Below are positions 9,180 to 19,267 of a stretch of 64,000 nt of DNA, piece after piece. The first letter of the stretch is position 1; every line of letters begins with the position of its first letter. The stretch is from a virus. Taxonomy: Duplodnaviria; Caudoviricetes. A program made the translations under genes and the position numbers. Under the pieces are notes generated by a model. The model did no database searches. It saw only the letters and a list, made by a program, of their open reading frames with translations, and was not told where the DNA came from. Where the stretch lies: positions 11,782-75,781 of IMG/VR virus record IMGVR_UViG_2548876968_000003; one strand, given 5' to 3'.

Positions 9180-10631
9180 TTAGAGTCTGACTGGAACGTT
9201 CGTAAACACTCGGAACTTGTCTTCCGCAAGGATTTGAAGAACGCTATAGTTTTCAACGATCCCAAGACGAGAACGTAAAGCTCCTCCCGCTCCGTAGGGA
9301 AAGAGCGTCTTCGTATATCCCAGAAGTTCGGTTAATACTAGAGTTCTTGTGTCGTCGCTTGCCGATTTAGAATTAAAATCTCCCAGTACCATAATCGTGG
9401 TTCCGGGAAGATCTTCGTTTAAATCTTGGAGAATAGTTGTAGGACCCGCAGTGTTTTTCTTTACCTCTCTCATGTAACGAATGATGGAAGAATTCGGGCC
9501 TGTTTCACGAAAGATCACAAATCTTGTCTCGGGTACTCCACCCGTTCCAGGAGTAATTGTAAGTTCTGCCGCTCCACCGTTTGGAATTGCTATACTTTGT
9601 TCGTTACAAGCTTTCGACCAATGTCTCAAGTCACCCGCAGAGATTCTGTATTTGTAGGTTCCTACATACGATCCTGTGAAAAGAGATCCGGGAACCGAAG
9701 CCAAAGATGCAATGGTGAAGGAAGGAGTTGCGGGAGCTTCCGTATCACTTGTAGCTCCTTCAACCCAAGCCCCAACTTGGTCACGTCTCATGGGGACGCT
9801 CCATTCATGACGATCAAGCCAGATATCATCATCAAAAAGGATCATGTTATCTTTAGCGTTTGAATCCGCTACACCGTGAACGATATTACTAAGAGAAGTG
9901 TTCCCCGGAGATTGGTTGTTATTCTGGATTACAACGGCTCCCCCTACTCTGTCATAATTTTGATCATAGAGAGCTTTTGTCGCGGGGTGCATTTTAGCAT
10001 AGTTCACCTGACCGAATTGTTTTGTTCTGACTTGAGAGCTATAGTATTTCATTTCATCGACGGCGGGTAACGCACCTCGACAATCGGTGTAGAAATTCTT
10101 ACCTAAAGACTTTACTTGTGTTTCGAATCCGTCTTGTTCCAGCTTATTTAAGTCTCTCTTTCCAAACCAAATTTTTCTCATTTGGTTTTCCATACCGCGC
10201 CTAAGTGCGGCGTTCGATTGAGTAAGTTCCGGATCTTGTGAGTTGTTTACGGTATCGACTACTTTGTTGAAAGAATATCCTTCCGCAATATAATTGATTT
10301 CGTTATACAATCGATCGAGTTGTGGATCTCTGAAGGAAGGTTCATCGGACTGTCCGATATAGGAAGAATTGTACCAACCACCGCCATGAGAACGATTCCG
10401 GTTGTATTCCGCGATAACCTGATTTGTGGTTCTTCTCGGAACTTCTTTTAAAAACTTAAAATCTTTGTCCGTTGAAACGGTAGCCACGAAGACTTTGTCA
10501 AGCGACTGCATGGATAAAACTGCACCCGAAGAGTTGATGTCTACGAAAGGAGTCGCGCCGTTTAAGGCAGTGTTCGCTTCGAACGCTTTTTTAATCTCGA
10601 TTAGTTGATCGAGTGTGTGAGGGCCGGTCAT
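9180..10631 (-). CDS. Major capsid protein (483 aa), SPO1/Twort-like
   Basis: GAVLSMQSLD...FKFLKEVPRR...AEYNRNRSHG pattern and C-terminal beta-rich extension as in Herelleviridae capsids; follows protease and scaffold; followed by a terminator. Confidence 0.88.
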   Translation of the reverse strand: MTGPHTLDQLIEIKKAFEANTALNGATPFVDINSSGAVLSMQSLDKVFVATVSTDKDFKFLKEVPRRTTNQVIAEYNRNRSHGGGWYNSSYIGQSDEPSFRDPQLDRLYNEINYIAEGYSFNKVVDTVNNSQDPELTQSNAALRRGMENQMRKIWFGKRDLNKLEQDGFETQVKSLGKNFYTDCRGALPAVDEMKYYSSQVRTKQFGQVNYAKMHPATKALYDQNYDRVGGAVVIQNNNQSPGNTSLSNIVHGVADSNAKDNMILFDDDIWLDRHEWSVPMRRDQVGAWVEGATSDTEAPATPSFTIASLASVPGSLFTGSYVGTYKYRISAGDLRHWSKACNEQSIAIPNGGAAELTITPGTGGVPETRFVIFRETGPNSSIIRYMREVKKNTAGPTTILQDLNEDLPGTTIMVLGDFNSKSASDDTRTLVLTELLGYTKTLFPYGAGGALRSRLGIVENYSVLQILAEDKFRVFTNVPVRL

Positions 10632-10632
10632 A

Positions 10633-11445
10633 TTATTTTTGAACCTCTTTATAATCGTTTATGAATGCTTGTGCTCGGTCGGAAAGTTTCCAGGTGGACT
10701 CGAAATACGCGATATCTTCCATTTGGCAGCGACCGGCTTCGATTCCCTTGATGATTAGGTTTCCGGTTTGATCTCGGTCCTTTCCTGTAATGGGTCCTCC
10801 CCCCTTTGTGGGATCGTTGGACTTTTGTATTTTGGAAGTGACTGGCGCTTTCTCGGTGGCTGGACGATTTGTGAGCGCTCCAATTTCGGATTTGAGAGTT
10901 TGAACTTCTTTTGATAGCTGGGAATTATCTTCCGCAGTATCCATTAGATGCTCAATCGCAGCCGCGAGAGTTTCTTGACCGGCTTTTAGAATTTCTAGTG
11001 TGCTTTGAATTTCTGAGATAAATTCAAGACGAGCTTTTTCGATCTCCTTCTCTTTCTCAGATTCTTCTTCGTCTTTTTTCTTCTTCTTGTTTTTTTCCTC
11101 TTTCTTATCATACTTTTCGGATCCGGTTCCCTCCTCTTCATCATCTTTGTTTTCTTTACTCTTCTTTTCGGATTTTGCAATTTCGTTTCCGTCGTTGTCG
11201 TCGAAATACGCATCAATTACATCATCTGCAAAGGATTCAGCTTCTCCTTCCGAAATTCCTTGAGCAATCGCCCACTCCTTCACCTTATCTGTTTCCGGAA
11301 TTACACTTCCAGAATCTAGTAACGTTGTTACTTGCGAAGCTAAGGCTTGTAAGTCAGGTGCATCTTCGCTAGTAGGATCGTCTGATTTTTTTACGTGTTT
11401 TGATTTTACACGCTCCTTCAGACGATTGATCGCGTCTTGTATCAT
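10633..11445 (-). CDS. Putative scaffolding protein (270 aa)
   Basis: Highly charged, coiled-coil-like protein between protease and capsid. Confidence 0.65.
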   Translation of the reverse strand: MIQDAINRLKERVKSKHVKKSDDPTSEDAPDLQALASQVTTLLDSGSVIPETDKVKEWAIAQGISEGEAESFADDVIDAYFDDNDGNEIAKSEKKSKENKDDEEEGTGSEKYDKKEEKNKKKKKDEEESEKEKEIEKARLEFISEIQSTLEILKAGQETLAAAIEHLMDTAEDNSQLSKEVQTLKSEIGALTNRPATEKAPVTSKIQKSNDPTKGGGPITGKDRDQTGNLIIKGIEAGRCQMEDIAYFESTWKLSDRAQAFINDYKEVQK

Positions 11446-11448
11446 CGG

Positions 11449-12372
11449 TTATTCTCCGCTCAGTTTTAGAAATATGGCATCGGTGAGATTTTCTAAATCT
11501 TCGCCTTCGAGGCTGTATTCTGTTTGGAGAACCGAGCGAATCAGGGCGGACCGAAGTTCCATTCCCTGATTTCTAACACGATCCGAAATATCGGAGATGA
11601 TGAGTTCGACAAAGCGGTCTTGCGCTTCTGGATCGGATTGAAATAGTTTTGTTAAAAAGTCGAGTTTACGTTCAATGCGTCTAAGTCGTTCTAGTTCGAA
11701 GGATTCTAAGTTCGTTGAAAGATCAGTAGGATCTGATACTCCTTCTAAAATACTCTTCTCAATATCTCGAAGAAATATTGCTCCCTTTATCAATTGAACC
11801 GAAGTATCGGGATTGATGACCTCCTGAAGTGGAGCGATCGCGCATTTACGAAGAAGAATTTTGCGAATCGTTTTTCCTTGGTAGTCTTGAGGTCTCGCAA
11901 ATCCCGAAACAGAAGCTCCCCAACCTTGAAACCCGGCTTGTAATCCTTTTCGAATTTCTTCTGCGAATTTGTTTCCGGGAAAAAGCCTTCCGAGAATATA
12001 AAGTCCGTCGTCTTTGATTCCATAGTGCGCCGGAAAATCTTCTTTCAACCCGATTTGTTCGGGCGCGCCGATAATTGCTTCTGCTTTGGATTTTTGTAAA
12101 TCGACAAGAACGGATCCGGTTAACTTACCTTCTTTTTTTAAGTCCCGAATTTCTTTATCAATATGGTCCGTTAAATGGTTAAAATCGAAGTATCCTTGAG
12201 AAGTGAATTCGGACCGCATCGACGGATCCGCATATGCGGATTTAAGGATAACTTCTCCTTGTCGATCTTCTCGTTCCGAAGACGCTTTGACTAGGATTTT
12301 GATTGCGCCAGTCCGATCCTCCGGAGTGGCTTTCATGATATGGAACGGGTGAAGAAATTGGGTCTCTGACAT
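11449..12372 (-). CDS. Prohead protease (307 aa)
   Basis: ASSEREDRQGEVI, GYFDFNH, WGASVSG, CAIAP...INPDT correspond to HK97-type/SPO1-like prohead protease motifs. Confidence 0.8.
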   Translation of the reverse strand: MSETQFLHPFHIMKATPEDRTGAIKILVKASSEREDRQGEVILKSAYADPSMRSEFTSQGYFDFNHLTDHIDKEIRDLKKEGKLTGSVLVDLQKSKAEAIIGAPEQIGLKEDFPAHYGIKDDGLYILGRLFPGNKFAEEIRKGLQAGFQGWGASVSGFARPQDYQGKTIRKILLRKCAIAPLQEVINPDTSVQLIKGAIFLRDIEKSILEGVSDPTDLSTNLESFELERLRRIERKLDFLTKLFQSDPEAQDRFVELIISDISDRVRNQGMELRSALIRSVLQTEYSLEGEDLENLTDAIFLKLSGE

Positions 12373-12727
12373 AGAGACCCTTGTATTAGCGAAAGAAAAA
12401 TCGGAAGGGAAAGATATGGATACGTGTCCCTATTTTTGAAATTCTTTAGATAGGGTGTTGCCGGAATTCGAAATTACAATATTGAATGCTAGATGAAAGA
12501 TTTCTGTTTATGCCTTTCAAAAAAAATTATAAATAATAAAAAATATGATAAAGTTATTACTGATCCCTATATACCGTTAATTTGGACACAAACCCCGCGT
12601 TTAGACGCAAAATTTTGGACACTCTACTATGTAGAGATTGAGTAATATGAAAACCGATTTGTTACTTGAAAAAAGTTAAATTTTAGTTTAGAAAATCGCT
12701 TGTGAAATTAGTCTATTTAATATAGCC

Positions 12728-12802
12728 TTCCAGAAGCGTCTGGAATGAGTCGCCTAGCGTCTCAACGAGGGGCTTTCAGCCCCATCGCCAGTCGCCGTCC
12801 TC
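12728..12802 (+). ncRNA. Three-hairpin structured RNA upstream of DUF3800 gene
   Basis: TTCCAGA-AGCG-TCTGGAA; TGAGTCGC-CTA-GCGTCTCA; CGAGGGGCT-TTC-AGCCCCATCG; DUF3800-associated RNA motifs are a known class. Confidence 0.55.
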
Positions 12803-12811
12803 ATAAAATTT

Positions 12812-13711
12812 ATGTATCTTTGCTACCTGGATGAATCTGGGACTCCAAACATTCCTGGAAATACAAGCCACTACGTTTTAGCTGGTCTTTCTATTCCTGT
12901 GAAATTCTGGAATATAAGCGAAAAGCAAATTGATACTATAAAAAGAAAATTTAATCTTGAAGGTGCCGAAATTCATACAGGTTGGATTTTAAGACCGTAT
13001 TACGAACAACAGAATATTCCAAATTTTGAATCATTAGACCACATACGAAGAAAACAAGAAGTCGAAAGATTTCGGATATCTGAAATTCACAAACTTCAAA
13101 GACAAAAGAATTCAAAAAGATTAAAACAAACAAAAAAGAATTTCAGAGAAACCGCCTCATATATTCACCTCACTTATACAGAACGTCTTAATTTTATTAC
13201 AGAGTTAGCGCAAACAATTGCAAATTGGAGCTATGCCCGATTATTCGCTGAATGTATTGATAAACTTCATTTCAACCCGACTATTTCTGCAAGACCTTTA
13301 GATGAGCATGCTCTTGAGCAAATTGTAAATCGATTTCATAAATATTTAGAAATAATGGATAGATCCGGACAAGTGCCTGAAAGTTACGGATTATTAATTC
13401 ATGATAATAACGATACGGTAGAGAAAAGGCATACGGATTTGATGCGTCATTTTCATAACCACGGAACATTTTGGGGGAATATTACTAAGATTATCGAAAC
13501 TCCTCTATTCGTTGATTCAAAACTTACTAGTATGATTCAAATTGCCGATTTATGTTCTTATTCTTTAAGAAGATATCTAGAAAATTCGGAAGACTCTTTA
13601 TTTAATTTGATTTTTCAAAGAGCGGATAGAATTAACAACTCTGTCGTTGGAGTTAGGCATTTCACTTCTCAAATGTGCAATTGTAGAATATGCTCATCTA
13701 GACATCCTTAA
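12812..13711 (+). CDS. DUF3800 domain protein (RNase H-like fold), moron
   Basis: N-terminal YLDESG and C-terminal IQIADLCSY (QxAD) motifs; AT-rich; antisense to the late operon. Confidence 0.85.
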   Translation: MYLCYLDESGTPNIPGNTSHYVLAGLSIPVKFWNISEKQIDTIKRKFNLEGAEIHTGWILRPYYEQQNIPNFESLDHIRRKQEVERFRISEIHKLQRQKNSKRLKQTKKNFRETASYIHLTYTERLNFITELAQTIANWSYARLFAECIDKLHFNPTISARPLDEHALEQIVNRFHKYLEIMDRSGQVPESYGLLIHDNNDTVEKRHTDLMRHFHNHGTFWGNITKIIETPLFVDSKLTSMIQIADLCSYSLRRYLENSEDSLFNLIFQRADRINNSVVGVRHFTSQMCNCRICSSRHP

Positions 13712-13988
13712 ATAAAAAAATACGGAATATTAATTACTCATTATCATCTATTACTTTCAAAATAGAAAGATAAAATAAGTCTATAAAGATTACCAGTAAA
13801 TACTCGAATTTGTTGTCCATAAATACGAGTTGGGAATAAAATGGGGATGTAATTAAAAATACTAATTGTCCAGTCACCTTATTTCAAACCATCCACTCGT
13901 TGAATGTGAAGACAATTCTTGTTTTCCTAATATTGTCAAGCGCGTACTTTTTTGGATTTTACCGATCAGATTCACGATTTATAAAAAC

Positions 13989-14378
13989 TTACGGATCGGA
14001 AACTAAAAGATACACACGCAACTTTCCAGCGCTACACCCGTTTGGACTCCAATATACACGGGCTTGAGTAAGGGAAGTAAGAATTTCGAACGCAAATCCT
14101 AAAAAAATACCGGATAAAGAAAGGTCTGTTCCATTAGCGCCTAACCATTTGTCTGCGGTTATCGTGTCTCCTACCGTGAGAGAAGGAGATCCGTTAAATG
14201 GAGTAAGGACTCTAACAAAGACTTGAACTACCACAGAATTCACCTGAAGAATATCCCCTAAATTTAAGGTGCCGGCCGCATTTGAAAAATCGATTTCGGC
14301 TTCAGCAACGTTTAGTTTTTTCAAACGATTGTCCTCCGGAAAGTCCTCATTGGTAAACGGACCGAGAAAGCTAGGCAT
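13989..14378 (-). CDS. Small beta-rich phage structural protein (129 aa)
   Basis: ORF in late region with TCCGAT box 39 nt upstream. Confidence 0.65.
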   Translation of the reverse strand: MPSFLGPFTNEDFPEDNRLKKLNVAEAEIDFSNAAGTLNLGDILQVNSVVVQVFVRVLTPFNGSPSLTVGDTITADKWLGANGTDLSLSGIFLGFAFEILTSLTQARVYWSPNGCSAGKLRVYLLVSDP

Positions 14379-14433
14379 TTAAAGTTTCCCTCGAATAAAA
14401 ATAGCAAAGCGAAATATATCGGAATTTTTTAGA

Positions 14434-17400
14434 TTATAATAAAGTTTCTTGGTCTTCTACCGCAGATTTTCTTTTTTTCTTTTGTTTTACAATATCACCA
14501 ACCGTATCTAGGTTTTCTTCTACCAAAGAAATTCGTTGAGTGTTTGAATCGAATGGTTTCACCCAGTTTTTTTGAAGCTTCATTTCTCTAAAAAAAACCT
14601 CAAACGCGTTATAAATTCGAATCCTTTCTTCTCTTTGTGGATAAGCAAGTTCCCTAAGTTCGCCATCCGTCAATGAATCAGGATCGCCGACTGTATTTGG
14701 GGCAACCAGATAATTGTTTTTCATTCCTTTCGCTTTCATTTTGTCTTCAACGTAAGATTCAAAAGCCCTTGCGAATAATTCCCTTGGTTTTGACCAATAT
14801 TTTGATCCGATTTTCTGCGCTGAAATAAAGTAGTTTGTATTTTTTCCTGAAGGTGATTTTCGAATAGCATTCATCAAAACTCGAGCAGAATCGCCAAATG
14901 ACCCTTGAAAATCTTCGCTAACGTAATGACTTCCACCTCGGTTGGCTTCTTTTCCTGTAGCCAAGTGATCTAAAAAATGCCCGAATTCGTGAGCAAAAGT
15001 TCCATCCCCTTTTTTCTTTGTTAGATTTATGATTCTGTATCCTGGTTCATAATGAGCCATTGCCTTTCCAATTCCACGAGCTCCAAAAGACATGCTTAAA
15101 TTTCCTTCATGGATCACTTTAGACAGATCCATTTCTAAAGCGTCTTCTAAATCTTTTAAAGCACATACGAAACGAGTAATATGTTCTCGGGAAGTTCGAT
15201 CATCCATATAATTTCCAAATTGTACGGATTTAAAACCCCAATCTTGAGTCAATCGATCGGATGCAATTTCATTGGGTTTAACGATACGTCCATTGGCACG
15301 TATGAGCTTTGGAAGTGGTGAACCGCCATGAATTTCATAGCCGGATCCCTTTGTCCCGATTGAACGTTTTTTATCCAACCAATCCCAATTGTTTTCCCTC
15401 ACTTGATTTTTTGGATCTTTTGCCCATTCTTCGCGGGAATGAGGTTTTTTAAAATTAATTGCATAAGCATATTTTTTTTCAGCAAACTCTCTTCTACCTA
15501 TAGCATTTTGAAAACGTTTACGAAAATAATCTTCAAACGTTGGATATTTCTTTTTCACACGCTCGATATACTCTTTATCTTCGCGTAGAAAATTATTGCA
15601 ATACTTTTCATACTGTGCCTTTGCTTCTTGCTCACCAAGTGGTTCAAAAAGCTTTGCATTATTCCAAATATTTTTTCCGGAATCGGTTCTCCTCCGGAGA
15701 AGGTTAATCAGTTTGTCTCCAAATACAGTAGAATGTACAATCAAATTTGGATCGTTATCGAAACGATAGGAAGGTTTCTTTAAAAAGACCATGATTTCTT
15801 TACGAAAATCATAAGAGTTAATCACTTTTCCATTAAGAATTCTATCAACTAATACCTCGGAGCCAGGGATAATTTCAGCAAAGAGTTTTTGATATTCTTC
15901 CTTTAGAATGTTTTTTTCGTTCTCAGTAATTCCATTTAATTTTGATTTAAGAGAGTTCATAACCTCTCCAAATTTATTGCTTAAATCGTAAGGACTAATC
16001 TCAACAAAATTCAAAGAATAACTTTGTATTTCATTGATGGTTTTGGCGTTAAAAATAGGCGCCATAATCTTTTCTAAATTTTTAACGTATTGTTCCCGTG
16101 CAAAAGGAGAATCGGCAGGTTTAGACGCTATTGCTTCATAAATTTTTGCTTTTAAATAGGTAAGCCCTGCACTTTCCCCTTTTTCTTTACGTTCTCTAGC
16201 GTTGAATGGAGTTATCACTCGATCTTTCTTTACGACTCGTTCGGCTGTTACGAAATCCATATTTGAAATATCCGCATAGGAAAGTAATTTTGAGAGTGCG
16301 GCTCTTTCTTTCTTCGAACCTTCTACGCGAGTATTTGCATCTTTGAATTCCTTGTTTTTTTCCCTATCATCTAATATTTCAGAAACGGAATTAAAGGACT
16401 TTTGTTTTACGGACTTTACCGTTTCTTTTATAAGTGTAGTGTTTGATTGCGGTGGGATAGCATTTCTTTCATCCAAAATTCCTTGAATTCCCACTTCAAC
16501 GATATGTTCACCGACTGCATTCTGATTTCCTTTCATCGCTTCAGAACGAACATTTGGATCCGCCGGTTTTACGATTTTTCCATATTCTTCCGGCTCTGAA
16601 AAATATTTCTGAATAAGGCGTTTTGATCTTATACCTTGATCGATCGCTTCGGTTTTTGTTTTAAATCGAACTGGCCAGTCTTCTAATTTATCTCCATCAG
16701 TTGGTAATTTTAAAGTCCAATCATTCGAATTACTCGCAACTCCCCGATTCGAAACATTCAATTCCGGTTGGTAGTTATCAACGAAGGTGCGTGAGATTCC
16801 TCCAGACATATTTTTATGATACAAAATATCATCTGTATGCTTGGTAAGAGTTACTAAGCGAGTAGAGACTCCGGTTTGTCTGAAAGAATCTTTTCCAGTA
16901 AAAGAACCTTCCGGTAACTTTTCAGACGATCCTCTTTTTTCAGTTAACCACTTTCGAAATTCCTGTGACTTAATATCCGCCCGAAAAAACGGACCTTCAG
17001 ACATGATTGCAACGAGTTTTCCGCCCGGTTTGAGTAGAGAATAGGCGTGTAATACATGACGAATATCTAATCCTTTCTCGAACGGAGGATTCATTAGAAT
17101 ACGATCATACCTTCTATCCACAAAATCTAAAAAATCGTCCGCAACAATCGTATATCCTTTTGCTTGCAGAATGTTCTTTAAGGAAAATATAGGTTCAATC
17201 GTATCAGGATGAATTCCTGTCTCTTCCGAAATTACTTCCGCTAAGTCTCCTTTCCCGGCAGAGGGTTCGAGAACATCCATTCCAGGCTGAATATCTGCCT
17301 CAATGATAAGTCTTTGTGCTAAGGGTTTTGGCGTTGGAAAGAATCCTGGAATTTTATTTCCAATCAGCTCCCTTTCCATATTCCGAATTTCAATTTTCTT

Positions 17401-19188
17401 CGGATCGGATCCGCCGCCTTTGTTCTTTGCTATGAGGGTGCGAAGATACTGACCGGCTTCATGGACTTGTTCAAAAGTATTTAGTCCTAACCGAAGGACA
17501 GCTAACGACCTTTCGGCATAGTTCGAGTAAGGATTTCCTTTAAAATATAACTCATAGGGTTTATCTTTTATAATTACGGGGTTTTTTGTATTTGGCTTTG
17601 CGGGACGGGCATAAAGACACTGTTCAATTTTATTAAACTTATCCATGAGTCTTTTCAAGGACTCAACTTCTTCCAAATTAGAGGATTCGATAAATTCGGC
17701 TTCATAGGAACCGATTGTTTTTTGAACCTTCTTTGCTTGTTCTAGTTCTGACTTTGAAATCAGCCCGTTTTTGTATGCCCAGGTCAGATTATGACTGTAT
17801 ATTTTATTATTACCAGAAACAGTTATGTGATTCGTTTCTGTTTCTGAAATAAATCGCGGTTCTATTTTTCGAAACCATACTGATAATCTCTCGGTGAGGG
17901 GCTTCTGAGTTTGTGTATCTCGATTATTCCTGTGATTGTCTAGTGAATGAGAAACATTGAGAATTTGTTCAATGTCCTTCTTGCTTTTTATCTTTTTGAG
18001 ATTCTCAGGAAACGTCCCTAAATCTATCTCATCCGCTATTCCCCGTAACGCAGATTGAATGTCCCGCATTTGTTTGGTGTCTTCATACATAGCATCTGCA
18101 ATTCTCGCTCTGCGAAAAGTTACATTTTGCCTTGAAATGGGTGGGCTTTCTTTGTTACGAATCGATTCTTCCATCGAATCGGCTAAGTTTCTAAACTTTG
18201 TGGATAGAACTGCGCGTTTTACTAGCGAGGTATCATCAATTGGTTTTGGTTTGATTTTCGCGTTATAATTGAGAAGAGATTCAGTTACATAGTTTCGAAT
18301 AATCTTTAAAACGATCGAAGGTTCTTTTTCTATAAGTTTCGAAAGAGCGTCGTTTATCTTTGCCGATATAGCGAGAGGAATGAGTTTTTTTTCTACGGAT
18401 TCTTTGAGTCTTTCAACGTATAAACTGTCATCCGGATTTAATTCAGAGTCCTGTAATTGAACGACAATTCCGGAGAGCGAATCCGACGTGAGTTTTGAGG
18501 TTTTGGGTTCCTTTACGTCATGTTCACCGGCCGCATTCTCATTTCCAAGCATGGCCTCTGAAAGTGATCTTTTTGTTTCTTGAACTTTTGAAGAAATTAA
18601 GAAACGAATGATCTTATTTACGCTTTCAGAGGAGATACTTACAAATTTGTAAGAAATGTTTAAAAGACTATTTAGATTGTTTTCTCCCTTGTAAGCGAGA
18701 TCAACGAACTCACTGGCTCGTTTGTCAAGTCCCGCGTCTAAAAGCGTATTTTTTACCTGTGTGATAAAATCTCCTAAGTCACGAATCGAGTCAGGGAAGT
18801 AGTTGGGTTTGTAATTTTGGTTTAAGTATTTTCTTTCTGTCTTCGGTGCTATATTTAAAAGATTCGGTTCAGAAGAGAGGGTTTGTTTTTTTGGTTTTTG
18901 TACTTTTTCTGAAATGAGGGTGAACGGTTTTTCTTCGATTGAAGGCGGTTCGCTATTTTTGTTTGTTTCTTTAGGAGAATGTTCGATCTTCTTTACCGTA
19001 TCCGCAATGATCTTGGAAGCTCGTGCTTGCGAAGGCGATTTAATCATCGCCCAGGCCCCCTTTTCTCCGGAAGGTTTTACCTTTCGCCAAACGGAACCGT
19101 CGGCATGAGTCGAAGGCCAGCCTACCGGCTTTTCCTTCGATTTTAAGACTTGCAATGTGGATTTAACAACTTCACGGATAGACGACAT
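14434..19188 (-). CDS. Large polyvalent protein: N6-adenine methyltransferase + C-terminal LPD1 (zincin-like) domain (1584 aa), DarB-like
   Basis: VLEPSAGKG (SAM-binding) and ILMNPPF; C-terminal VQFGN...FGARG...AHYEP...TFAHEFGHFLD...YWSKPRELFARAFE...YP.REER is the LPD1 pattern. Confidence 0.85.
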   Translation of the reverse strand: MSSIREVVKSTLQVLKSKEKPVGWPSTHADGSVWRKVKPSGEKGAWAMIKSPSQARASKIIADTVKKIEHSPKETNKNSEPPSIEEKPFTLISEKVQKPKKQTLSSEPNLLNIAPKTERKYLNQNYKPNYFPDSIRDLGDFITQVKNTLLDAGLDKRASEFVDLAYKGENNLNSLLNISYKFVSISSESVNKIIRFLISSKVQETKRSLSEAMLGNENAAGEHDVKEPKTSKLTSDSLSGIVVQLQDSELNPDDSLYVERLKESVEKKLIPLAISAKINDALSKLIEKEPSIVLKIIRNYVTESLLNYNAKIKPKPIDDTSLVKRAVLSTKFRNLADSMEESIRNKESPPISRQNVTFRRARIADAMYEDTKQMRDIQSALRGIADEIDLGTFPENLKKIKSKKDIEQILNVSHSLDNHRNNRDTQTQKPLTERLSVWFRKIEPRFISETETNHITVSGNNKIYSHNLTWAYKNGLISKSELEQAKKVQKTIGSYEAEFIESSNLEEVESLKRLMDKFNKIEQCLYARPAKPNTKNPVIIKDKPYELYFKGNPYSNYAERSLAVLRLGLNTFEQVHEAGQYLRTLIAKNKGGGSDPKKIEIRNMERELIGNKIPGFFPTPKPLAQRLIIEADIQPGMDVLEPSAGKGDLAEVISEETGIHPDTIEPIFSLKNILQAKGYTIVADDFLDFVDRRYDRILMNPPFEKGLDIRHVLHAYSLLKPGGKLVAIMSEGPFFRADIKSQEFRKWLTEKRGSSEKLPEGSFTGKDSFRQTGVSTRLVTLTKHTDDILYHKNMSGGISRTFVDNYQPELNVSNRGVASNSNDWTLKLPTDGDKLEDWPVRFKTKTEAIDQGIRSKRLIQKYFSEPEEYGKIVKPADPNVRSEAMKGNQNAVGEHIVEVGIQGILDERNAIPPQSNTTLIKETVKSVKQKSFNSVSEILDDREKNKEFKDANTRVEGSKKERAALSKLLSYADISNMDFVTAERVVKKDRVITPFNARERKEKGESAGLTYLKAKIYEAIASKPADSPFAREQYVKNLEKIMAPIFNAKTINEIQSYSLNFVEISPYDLSNKFGEVMNSLKSKLNGITENEKNILKEEYQKLFAEIIPGSEVLVDRILNGKVINSYDFRKEIMVFLKKPSYRFDNDPNLIVHSTVFGDKLINLLRRRTDSGKNIWNNAKLFEPLGEQEAKAQYEKYCNNFLREDKEYIERVKKKYPTFEDYFRKRFQNAIGRREFAEKKYAYAINFKKPHSREEWAKDPKNQVRENNWDWLDKKRSIGTKGSGYEIHGGSPLPKLIRANGRIVKPNEIASDRLTQDWGFKSVQFGNYMDDRTSREHITRFVCALKDLEDALEMDLSKVIHEGNLSMSFGARGIGKAMAHYEPGYRIINLTKKKGDGTFAHEFGHFLDHLATGKEANRGGSHYVSEDFQGSFGDSARVLMNAIRKSPSGKNTNYFISAQKIGSKYWSKPRELFARAFESYVEDKMKAKGMKNNYLVAPNTVGDPDSLTDGELRELAYPQREERIRIYNAFEVFFREMKLQKNWVKPFDSNTQRISLVEENLDTVGDIVKQKKKRKSAVEDQETLL

Positions 19189-19267
19189 TCTGCCCGAAAG
19201 TATGAAAGAATAGAGTCTATCGGAGTTTGATTTTCAAGTCAGTGAAATCAAAAAGGATTCCTTTTTT

